Source of the DNA: Paragordius varius | Taxonomy: Eukaryota; Animalia; Nematomorpha | Reading direction: 5' to 3' | DNA length: 64,000 nt | NCBI GenBank assembly: GCA_964247055.1 | Contig: OZ176052.1 | Location: 12,028,001-12,092,000, forward strand | Part shown: positions 12,351-23,255 of the stretch, piece after piece | Layout of the letters: each line of letters starts with the position of its first letter | Position numbering within the stretch: position 1 is the first letter of the stretch | Notes under the pieces: generated by a model | Told to the model about the DNA's origin: nothing | Seen by the model: the letters and a program-made list of their open reading frames with translations, nothing else | Databases searched by the model: none | Translations under genes and position numbers: made by a program

Positions 12351-13584
12351 CACTTCGATTTAAATTGGGGTATCTAAATACCCCAGACTAAATTTGAGTT
12401 ATGATTTTAAAATACTAAAGGAAACGGTCCCAATTTATATGCTTCTATTCTAATAAAAATCATATAAATATGCCAACATATCTAAATAAAATTTTGTTTT
12501 GAAAAAAAAAGTTCCATGTCAAACTATTTCGACGCCATTTTTATTTTACAAAAATTTTGCAAAATATCTTTATTTATTTTAAGGGTAAAATTAAAGCTAA
12601 TTTTATATTTAAACTACATTAAACATTGTTAGAAATAGAAGAGCGGTTTATTTTGTATTATTTTTCAATTTTACCATTGCACACATGTCACGTTAACTAA
12701 ATTTTTACCTTTCAGTTTTAGCTTAAAATAAGTAAAGTATTTTTGAACAAATTATTTTATATATACCATCATTTCAAGAGTATCCTTGAACACTTCAAGT
12801 TGGTCCTTGAACAGTTCAAGTTGGTCCTTGAACAATTTAAGTTGGTCCTTGAACAGTTCAAGTTGGTCCTTGAACATTTAAAATTGGTAATGAACACTTC
12901 AAGTCGGTCCTTAAAATTTATAAATTTTGATTTAACCATAATTTTTGCATTGAATTTTTTATTTTATTATATATTAACCTAATTTTCTTTATTTATTATA
13001 TATTTATTCATTTAAAAATTAAATTCTTTATTGAAAAACCACTTTTTTGTTTCAAACTATTTTTTTTCAATTGAATATTGCCTTTTAAATGTTTTTAATG
13101 AAAAATTTTAATTAACACTTGGATACAACGCATCATTTTAGTCCTTCGATTCAAATTGGGATATTTAAATACCCCAGACCTGTTTAAAATTAAATTCTTT
13201 AAAAAATATGGAAGGAATCGAAACCATGGCAGAATTTTGTTTAAAATTTATCTTAAATAATATTAAATAAGTTAAAATCAATAAAATAGATAATTATTTA
13301 CGATTTGATTGGTAAAAGTTAAAAACAAAACAAAGCAGTCAAAGGACCAACTTGAAATGTTCAAAGACCAACTTGAACTGTTCAAGGACCAACTTGAAAT
13401 GTTCAAGGACACTCTTGAAGTGCAAATGGTATATTTCGGTTTATTAATGTGGTATAAGTGCAATATAATGCCATGGCTTTGATTCCTTCCATATTTTTAC
13501 AGAATATAATTTTAAATAGGCCTGGGGTATTTAACTACCCCAATTTGAAAAGAAGGACTAAAATGAATGTTTTGTATCCAAGTG
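12351..13584. mobile_element. piggyBac-like MITE carrying a nested foldback element
   Basis: Left end CACTTCGATTTAAATTGGGGTATC, right end TTGTATCCAAGTG-TTAA. The empty version lacking the foldback is at 26650-27218. Confidence 0.85.
12764..13431. mobile_element. Foldback-type element with inverted 21-bp arrays inserted in a TATA site
   Basis: Termini TACCAT / ATGGTA; arrays at ~12785-12915 (forward) and ~13340-13415 (reverse). The empty host site TTTTTATATATTTC is at ~27060 and ~30385. Confidence 0.85.
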
Positions 13585-15544
13585 TTAAATAGAGTCGATG
13601 TATAAAAAACTTTTACATTATGATAAAATTAAATTAATATATTAAAATAATACAAAGGAATGTTTTCATCCAACACCTTTTATTTCATTTTTTTAATAAA
13701 ATTTTCTTTTAAAAAATCGCATAGTGCCATTTACATTATAGCGCTTTGGGAGATTATAGGTGAACAAAACCCAACTAATTTGAGTTTTATTATTAGGAAA
13801 ATTTTGATTCACACGCATCATACAATCAATAAAAATTTACCATGTATTGAGATTTAATAAAAAATTATCAATCACACTTGCCTAAAAGAAACAGATAAAT
13901 ATTAATTATGCCAAATAATATTAATCAATCTGAGAATTTAGTATCCATCCAAATAATTTTTAGAGTGAATTTCAAAAATTTAAAGGGGAATTTGACATGT
14001 TTAAGATCGAATATGATATGTTTGAGGTTAAATTTGAGGTGTATATGGATTACATTAATGTAACCAAATAGGTTTTTCGCAGTACAGTACTGGGTTTTCA
14101 GAAAAAACTGCGCTAGTAGTGCGCCCACTTTTGTACTGCTTTTAAAATTAAAAAATTTAATTTTTTGTAAGTATATATAAATTTATTTATTAAAAAAATT
14201 ATTTTTAAATTTAATATAGTATAATATTTAATTTTCTGCTTGAATTAAAAATAAAACTTAGGATTGTAGCCTTTCGCGCAGTGGCGAAACTATAATCGAA
14301 CTCCACACCGTAAGATTCAGGCTAATGTCTCTTTCACTTAGGGCTGCCGCAAAAAGAGGTGCCTCAAAATTTAAAATTTACAAAATTAATTTATGATATT
14401 TTAATAAATGTTTGATCAAGTTTAGAAAGTTCATTTTTTGACATAATTATCAAGCGGAAAATTATATATTAAATTGTTATTCCCGTAGCATATTATATAA
14501 AATTTATTATATATGGCATATTTCTAACCTTTTTTCCGCATTAAAATATCAAGAGTTTTTACGTTTTCTCTACTCATTAGGTGAGAGGTATGATATTATT
14601 TAATAATTTTCCTAAACTTTAATTTTTATTAGTTTTTATTTTTTAGCATAAAAAAATTTGAGGTATTTTGATGAAGCGTAATTCTAACGATTTTGAAGCA
14701 TGATGGAAACGGTATAACGCTTTTAGATATAATAAATCCCTTTTTTAATTCGATGATGTTAAACATTACTATAGGTTCAGAATTTTAATTTAAAGGTTTG
14801 TTTGCTTGCAAATTTTGGTGAAGTTTTGTGAAAAAACATATATTAACATAAATTTTAAAACGAACGATTATTTAATCAAAAATATAATTGAGAATTAGCT
14901 TTATCGAATTATATATATAAAAATTACAACATTTCAACCGTTTATATAGTTTCCATCATGCTCAAAATAATATGAAGTACGCTTCAACAAAATTTTGCAA
15001 AAAATTTCGGAATTTTTGCGTTTATTTTAACAGTCCATTTTATAAGAGCCAAAAAATTTGGGACTTTCAGAGCCAATATCTAAGAATTTAAAAATTTTAA
15101 AATATTTTTTGCTTTTTATATGTAGTTTATGTTATATTTTAGTGATATTTTTTGAAACAAAGCATTTTGTTCACCAAAAAATATATTTGAAAAAATTGCG
15201 CACCTTTGGCAATTTTATACGGAGCACTTGCCACAAAAGTGTTATTAACTTTCTTTAATAAATCGTAAAGGTCAAAACTAAAAGCACCATGATTAATCCT
15301 GATTATTTTGTGGAAGCTGTGTAAGATAACATAGGATGGTGTAAAAACAGCCAAAGTATGTTTTAATTTTGTACTGCGTCGTAGTTCAAAATATTTGGTA
15401 CCATTAGATAACATTAAAAAAATATAAATCATTTTAGGATTGCGCAAGATTGGAGTTTAAATAAAAAAACTGCAATAAAAAATTGTGCTCTCAAAATATA
15501 ATATCCTATTCAGTTTGCTTATAAAGATTAAAAGTTATGTTTAA

Positions 15545-16060
15545 CACTTCGATTCAAATTGAGGTATCTAAATACTCCAAACTATATTTGAGTTGATATT
15601 TTTAGACTGCAGAAATAAAAAACGGCACCAATTTAAATTTATGCTTATATCCTAAACAAATTATATTAAATGGAACAATGTAAAACTTTAGTTTCAAAAA
15701 GGCCCATATCAAACTACTTCGACGCCATTTTTATTTTATAACATTTTGGCAAAATATCGTGTTTATTTAATTTTAAATTTATCACTTATAATATTGATAG
15801 AGGCAGAAAAAGTGGTTTATCTTCTATTATTTTTAAATTTGGCTAAACAGTCATGTTGACTAAATATTTACTTTTGGGTTTTATTCTAAAATGTGTGATA
15901 AATATTAAATCATTTTTTTTATATTTCGGTTCATTAATGTTACATAAGGGCAACTTTTTGCCATAGTTTCAATTCCTTCCATAGTTTTTGAAATATTTTA
16001 AACAAGCCTGCAACTACCACGATTTGAATCTAAGGACAGATATTGTGTTCTATCCAAATG
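15545..16060. mobile_element. piggyBac-like MITE, uninterrupted
   Basis: TTAA on both sides (15541-15544 and 16061-16064); contains the empty hAT target site. Confidence 0.88.
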
Positions 16061-16556
16061 TTAAAACTTGTTTTAATTATTATGAAAACCAAACCATTTT
16101 TATGATTGCAAAAATGTTTTTAGTAAATGGTAAAATGTTTTGATAGACTAAATAATCGTATAAATTGACTGGGGATATGTTTCGATTAGGAAAACATTTT
16201 CATTTATTAAAAATGTTTTTTGGACTGGGCTGTGGTATATTTTTTAAATTTTTTATTGTTATATTTTGCAATTATGTATTTTTAAATAGAATACATTAAA
16301 TGTTATAATTGTGTGGAATTTTCGTTAAACCCGTTTTTAAAAATGTATAGGTCTTAGAGTTCTCTCTGACATCCTTAATAAGGTTGGTAAAGGGCTTCTT
16401 ATTTGTAGTTCCCCACCCCATTTATGATTGCGAGTTTCTCAACGACCCCAACAAATATAAAAGAAATTTCAATTTTGAGAGATTGACAAAAATAAATCTA
16501 CATTTTTCATAAATTCCTATAATATTTTCCGATTGATAGTAAATTTAAACAAGATA

Positions 16557-17803
16557 CTAGCTGGCCCTGTCACGTGTGGCATAGTCTCACCGATAATTAT
16601 TCTAAATAATTTGCAATAAATAGGGTTAATCGAGATAAATAATAATAAACATATTTAATAAAAAGAATGTCTTTAATTATTCTTTTACGGGTTTTGCATA
16701 GGCTGAAATATTGGGTACCCAAAATTGACCATAGTTAATCCGTCCCTTATTAAAGTTAATATTCAACTATCATCGGATTTATTTTAAGATTTTCGTTTAA
16801 CGAAATCATGGTTAAAAGAATTTGAAATTGTGTTCATACATCTGGGATCAAGGGATATAATAAATCATTTGTGGTCCCTTTTTAAAGGAAAGAATATTAT
16901 ACAAATTCCCCAGAAATGTGTTTAACTAAACTCGTAGGGCTTCTTAAGTTTTGTAAAAATTTGCTCCAAAACTACCCCTATTTTGTATGGCGGCCAGTTT
17001 TAAACCGATAGACCCTTACCCATTAACCTATATGGAAAAAGTTCAGTTAATTCTTTGCCTTTATAGAGGAAATATTTGGAATCATATTTGATGCCATCGT
17101 CTCATGGGTTATTCGAAAAAATACCTCAACACTAAATAATCGTTATATGATGGCGTTTTAGGGCATCAAGGCACCAAATTAACGGTAATAAAAAAACTCG
17201 ACCTTAATTTTTACCTAGTTCAGGGTAATATTTCAAGCTTTCAATGAGCTCATATGGCTTCATGAACTTTCTGTAAATTAGCTCCAAAAAAACGTAAATT
17301 CTATATAGTGGCGCAGTTTTAGCGGCTATCCCTTTACCCAGCAGCCAATATTAAAACGCAAGACTATAATTTTTGCTTTTAACAGAGAATAACTCGAATC
17401 CTCAGTAAATTTTAACGGTCTCATATCCTGGGAAAAAAATTTAGTTTTTTTAAAAAAATGGCATCTTACGGGGGGAACGGGTAAAAAGAGAGCCTAAATT
17501 AAAAAAGTAATCCGACTAGGTTCGGCGCAATCGAAAAAAAGTAATAATAATCATATTTGAAATCGAATGGTACAACACGTTTTCCGTATATATGCCTCAA
17601 AGAGACGATTGTTCTGTTTTCAAAAAAACCCGTTTTTCACACGGTGTGGGCCCGAACTCGGAGCCTAAATCAAAAAAAGGGAAAGCTATTGTCTGAGCAT
17701 TCATTAGGGATTATATTTTTTTGGCATTTGGATTTGAATGGGTATACCGGTTTCCGGAAGCAGATCACAAAGCCATTATTTTCCATTTTTATACATATAT
17801 AGA
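16557..17803 (-). mobile_element. Non-autonomous Helitron, subfamily A (second copy)
   Basis: Colinear with 6570-7814, with the same TC 5' end and CTAG 3' end and A|T flanks. Confidence 0.85.
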
Positions 17804-17868
17804 TTATAATGATTGGAATAGAAATGCTGGTATAACAGTCTTTTAGAACCAGAAAATTTTATGATATA

Positions 17869-20575
17869 CTAGCGTGAATCTCGTGCTGCTACGCAGCCCG
17901 AAGAAGTCCTTCGGACTTCTGGGGGGAGGGGGGGGTTCGAAGTTTGGATTTGAATGGGTCTACCGGTTTTCCTGTAGATCACAAAGCCAGCATTTTCCAT
18001 TTTTATAAATATATAGATTACCATAAATAATGTTTTAATATCCATTTATCTTTTAACATGCTATACATATGATAGATACTCCTTACTCAGCAGCTATCAT
18101 CAAAGAAACGCCTGACTAAAATTTTTGCCTTTTAACAGGCATTACGAAAAATCCTTCTCGAATTTTTACAGTCTCATACCTTGGGCAATAAAATACAATC
18201 AAAAAAATATTTTTGTGGACTTTGTTTTTTTTTGAAAAAAATGGCATTTTACGGGGGGAGCGGATAAAAAGAGGGCCTAAATCAAAAAAGTGACTCGACT
18301 ATGTTCGGTGCAATCGAAAATAAGTAAACAAAAATCATATTTGAAATTTAATGGTCCAACACGTTCTCCAAAAAATTGACTTAACCCATTTTTCACACGA
18401 GGTGGGCCCAAACTGGGGACCTAATTCCAAAAAAGGGCGAAGCTATTGTCGGGGCATTCATTAATGATTAAATTTTTTCGATGTTTGGATTTGAATGGGT
18501 TCACCGGTTTTCCGGAAACAGATCACAAAGTTATATGAAAAATCAGTTTTTAGCGGGTAGCTCATTACCCAGCAGCTATCATCAAATAAACGGTGGACTA
18601 AAATTTTTGCCTTTTAACAGGGAATACGTGGAATCTTTATTGAATTTTTACGGTCTCTTACCTAGGGCGAAAAATCGATTTAAAAAATTATTTTTGTGGA
18701 CTTTGTTTTTTGAAAAAGGTGGCATTTCACGGGCGGAGCGGGTAAAAAGAGGGCCTAAATCAAAAAAAAGGCTCGACTATGTTCGGTGCAATCGAAAATA
18801 AGTAAACAAAAATCATATTTGAAATTTAATGGTCCAACACGTTCTCCAAAAAATTGACTTAACCCATTTTCACACGGGGTGGGCCCAAACTGGGGACCTA
18901 TAATTCCAAAAAAGGGCGAAGCTATTGTCGGAGATTCATTAATGATTAATTTTTTCGATGTTTGGATTTGAATGGGTTCACCGGTTTTCCGGAAACAGAT
19001 CACAAAGTTATATGAAAAATCAGTTTTTAGCGGGTAGCTCCTTACCCAGCAGCTATCATCAAATAAACGGTGGACTAAAATTTTTGCCTTTTAACAGGGA
19101 ATACGTGGAATCTTTATTGAATTTTTACGGTCTCTTACCTAGGGCGAAAAATCGATTTAAAAAATTATTTTTGTGGACTTTGTTTTTTGAAAAAGGTGGC
19201 ATTTCACGGGGGGAGCGGGTAAAAAGAGGGCCTAAATCAAAAAGGTGGCTCGACTATGTTCGGTGCAATCGAAAATAAGTAAACAAAAATCATATTTGAA
19301 ATTTAATGGTCCAACACGTTCTCCAAAAAATTGACTTAACCCGTTTTTCATACATGGTGGGCCCGAACTGGGGGCCTATTTCAAAAAAAAGGCGAAGCTA
19401 TTGTCGGGACATTTATTAATGATTATATTTTTTTGATATTTGGATTTGATTGGGTCTACCGGTTTTCCTGTACCAGATCACAAAGCCAGCATTTTCCATT
19501 TTTATAAATATATAGATTACCATAAATAATGTATTAATATCCATATATCTTTTAACATGCTATACATATGATAGATACTCCTTACTCAGCATCTATCATC
19601 AAAGAAACGCATGACTAAAATTTTTGCCTTTTAACAGGCAATACGAAAAATCTTTCTCGAATTTTTACAGTCTCATACCGTGGGCAAAAAAATACAATTA
19701 AAAAATTATTTTTGTGGACTTTGTTTTTTTTTGAAAAAAATGGCATTTTACGGGGGGAGCGGGTAAAAAGAGGGCCTAAATCAAAAAAGTGACTCGACTA
19801 TGTTCGGTGCAATCGAAAATAAGTAAACAAAAATCATATTTGAAATTTAATGGTCCAACACGTTCTCCAAAAAATTGACTTAACCCATTTTCACACGGGG
19901 TGGGCCCAAACTGGGGACCTATAATTCCAAAAAAGGGCGAAGCTATTGTCGGGGCATTCATTAATGATTAAATTTTTTCGATGTTTGGATTTGAATGGGT
20001 TCACCGGTTTTCCGGAAACAGATCACAAAGTTATATGAAAAATCGGTTTTTAGCGGGTAGCTCCTTACCCAGCAGCTATCATCAAATAAACGGTGGACTA
20101 AAATTTTTGCCTTTTAACAGGGAATACCTGGAATCTTTATTGAATTTTTACGGTCTCTTACCTAGGGCGAAAAATCGATTTAAAAAATTATTTTTGTGGA
20201 CTTTGTTTTTTGAAAAAGGTGGCATTTCACGGGGGGAGCGGGTAAAAAGAGGGCCTAAATCAAAAAAGTGGCTTGATTATGTTCGGCGCAATCAAAAATA
20301 AGTAAACAAAAATCATATTTGAAATTGAATGGTCCAACACGTTCTCCGGAAAATTGTCTCAAAAACACGATTTTGTGGACTTCTGTTTTTAAAAAAAAAC
20401 CGTTTTTCATACGGGGTGGGCCCGAACTGGGGGCCTATTTCAAAAAAAGGGCGAAGCTATTGTCGGGACATTTATTAATGATTATATTTTTTTGATATTT
20501 GGATTTGATTGGGTCTACCGGTTTTCCTGTACCAGATCACAAAGCCAGCATTTTCCATTTTTATAAATATATAGA
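17869..20575 (-). mobile_element. Non-autonomous Helitron, subfamily B, with internal ~480-bp tandem array
   Basis: 3' hairpin CGGGCTGC-GTA-GCAGCACG, then AGATTCACG-CTAG|T; 5' A|TCTATATATTTATAAAA. Empty site GATATA|TTTATCTACG at 7879/7880 shows A|T insertion with no TSD. Confidence 0.92.
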
Positions 20576-20732
20576 TTTATCTACGATGATTGTTATTTTT
20601 CTTTATAAAAATTTTACAAGTTAAAAACATTTTTTGTTAAACTCTATTCTTATCACTCGGGACTCCAAATGGGGTGTCCATAGTTTAAGAAGCCCTGCTC
20701 TAGATTATTTTCCTTACCACAAGCGTTGATTA

Positions 20733-21625
20733 CCAGGTGTAGTCTAAGGTAATAACGGCTTTTTGCTAAAAAACTTAATTGAGGAAATCAATTATTTATT
20801 TTATTGGAGATATTGTCCATCTAGAAAAATTTCTCCAACTCTTAAGTTATGAATGCCATGATTGGAAACTAAATGTTTTTTGGTAAAGCATCTGTCAAGC
20901 CATTTTTAAACGTTTTACAAATTATTAAGCTGCTCTCTGCAAGCATATACTATGATGCGATGAGGGAATAGTGATCGTCAGGTCAGGAGAGTCCCGAAGC
21001 GATTATAAGGTGTCTTTTATTGGTTTTGCCGTGTGGGACGCATTGTTATGTGGAAAATTTTATCGTACTGTCTTCGGGGCTATTTTGGTCGTTTTCCTTA
21101 ATGCATTAATTTAATTAATCATTTTCTGCAGATAGAGTTTTGTATTAACGGTTTCGGGGCTCATGCACAACAGCGCTTTGGTCCACCAGACACATTCATG
21201 GTTTTAATGAAGTGATTAACTTTGATGTTGATTGACCGGTTGGCAACTTAGCATTTCTCTCTGTCAATTTACAAAAACCATTTCTCACCATCCTCCGGAA
21301 GCAGGATATCTCAAGTCCATTGGTGATTTTATAATTGCCATGCGAATTGTCTGGGCAGTATTTACTGAGTTTATTGATCCTTCTCATTTTGTATACATTG
21401 AATGGTTGTGATACACGTATGAAATGAGTTTGAGTTAAGTCATCATCCAATTAGCCTCGGATTTTGTCTTCGCAGCTGTGTCTGCCATGCCCACTCTCTT
21501 TCATATTAAAATCATTTAAATATATAAACTATGTTACACAATTTAATCTGGAACAATGACTTTCAACATCCTTTTTCTTCTGATGTATAAAAGCAATGCA
21601 TCCCGTAATCGTTTTTAGGGACACA
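20733..21625 (-). mobile_element. Degenerate mariner (duplicate of 8035-8935)
   Basis: TA-CCAGGTGTAGTC end. The ORF-track entry 21196-21450 is a fragment of its transposase. Confidence 0.85.
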
Positions 21626-22179
21626 GTTCGACTTTACTGAAAAATAAACATGAGAGCCCGCTTTTGACAGGTATAATTTCTTTGTCTGTGTCGTCTGATG
21701 GGCCAAATGGCGTCTGGGTCAAATTAATCGGTTGCTTACTTTTTTGACTTCTTATATTAGTTAAACTGGTATTATATACATCTGGTGCAGTGGTTAAAAA
21801 TAAAGATATTGCACGAAATGTCTATATTTCTTTATAAAAAACCTAATATTTTTTAAACCCCTATTTTTCATTATATCGTCTCGGGTTAATTGGGTTTTCT
21901 AGGGATATAATGATAGGTTAAAAATATAAGGTATGTATAAATATTGCAATTTTGTGGTAAAGAGTAAATTATTGGATTACATTTAGATAGATACTCGTGG
22001 TATAGGAGCTGACCTGATTCCTGCCTAGCCCGCCTTCTTCTGGTCTAGCGTCCTTTCGTGTCCTGTCTTTATATATTTTGAAATCCTTTTCAACAAGTAG
22101 ATTCTTGATTTTACCGCTCAGTCATTTCCAGTATCCACCGAATGAGTTTACTGTCATTGCTCATCCGCACGCGCTACAT

Positions 22180-22760
22180 AATCAATACAATTCTCCCACA
22201 TCGTAACCGTTTTTTTTTCGAGTGCATGACCCAGCTTTTATTTTAATCCTTACGCAGGAAGCTCCTAGAAATAGGCCGATATGGTGTGCCATTTCTTTAG
22301 GCCAGCTAGAAGAATGGCTAGTCTTATGCAAAAAATTAAAATTTTTTGTATGAGGGAGGTAAGCAGTTGTGAGCTCCTCAAAGGTATGTGTATATAGCAA
22401 GTGATGCGTCGTAGCCACCTTTTTATGAAAACTTGTATGTTTCTGGCATGTATGTGCGTACGCAACGAGCATCAGTATCCCAAGGATAATCATACATTTC
22501 AAGATTTTTAATTTCAGTTTAAGCCCAACTTTATTGGATAGCCATAGGCCTCTGACCCCACCGACCAATTGTTAGCAAGTTCCTTTTTCATAATGGTAAT
22601 CACATTGGTATTATAGATGATGATGGACATCCCTTAGTTTGATTACACTGGGGCAGGTGAGAGAGCCTAGACCATACCGACCAAGCTCTGCAAGTTGATG
22701 GTTCGAATGTGCGTTATTTGATCTTATCTAAATATCGCAATTTAGGCATTCCATGTTTTA
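22180..22760 (-). pseudogene. Decayed RTE-clade LINE, 3' part of ORF
   Basis: Fragments LWLSNKVGLKLKLKILKCMII, IQVFIKRWLRRI and F*ELPA*G.K.K.G...TMWENCI resemble the RTE post-RT region. Heavily frameshifted; boundaries approximate. Confidence 0.6.
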
Positions 22761-23255
22761 TATACAAACATTTGATCCATATTTAATCACACTTATAACC
22801 TTAAAATAAAATAAAAAACTGTTTTTATGGCATATAACTTAAAGAGGTATTATTATGATTCCCACAACTTTTATGGGAATACCGGAATCAATATACATTC
22901 CTGGTAATAATTATATCTAAATCCTCAATGTATTATATTTATTAATATTTTATAATATTTTATATTTCCAGACGAAAAACGCGACAATTTTGAATGTTTG
23001 GGAAATGGATGGCTAAGTAGAGCAAACTATCTCATCATATTTTACCAGAATATTATGTACCATAAAAAATGCTTTACACATAGATAATTATAATTAATTC
23101 TATTATCCAATTGAAATTTAATTGATATGCCAATTACATCATGTCTACGTTTGGTATTAACAATCAATGACATATTAATAATTATTCAGTAATGTGTATT
23201 TTTGAAAAATATTTTTAAATTACGTTAAATAGTACAAGGATCTAATTGATCAATA

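Larger units (their letters stand above)
16391..20697. mobile_element. hAT MITE (orthologue of 6400-7999) expanded by two nested Helitrons
   Basis: Left AGGGCTTCTTA (left flank partly deleted); right AGTTTAAGAAGCCCTG followed by CTCTAGAT. Confidence 0.75.

Noticed and set aside
12785-12915. 21-bp units as heat-shock elements
   Set aside because: The spacing is GAA-N3-TTC, not the canonical nGAAnnTTCn.
18481-20301. Three near-identical 106-aa ORFs (MFGFEWVHRF...) as a tandem gene family
   Set aside because: They are internal units of a Helitron array, use non-ATG or incidental starts, and the frame is broken in sister copies at ~7600, ~17600 and ~58600.
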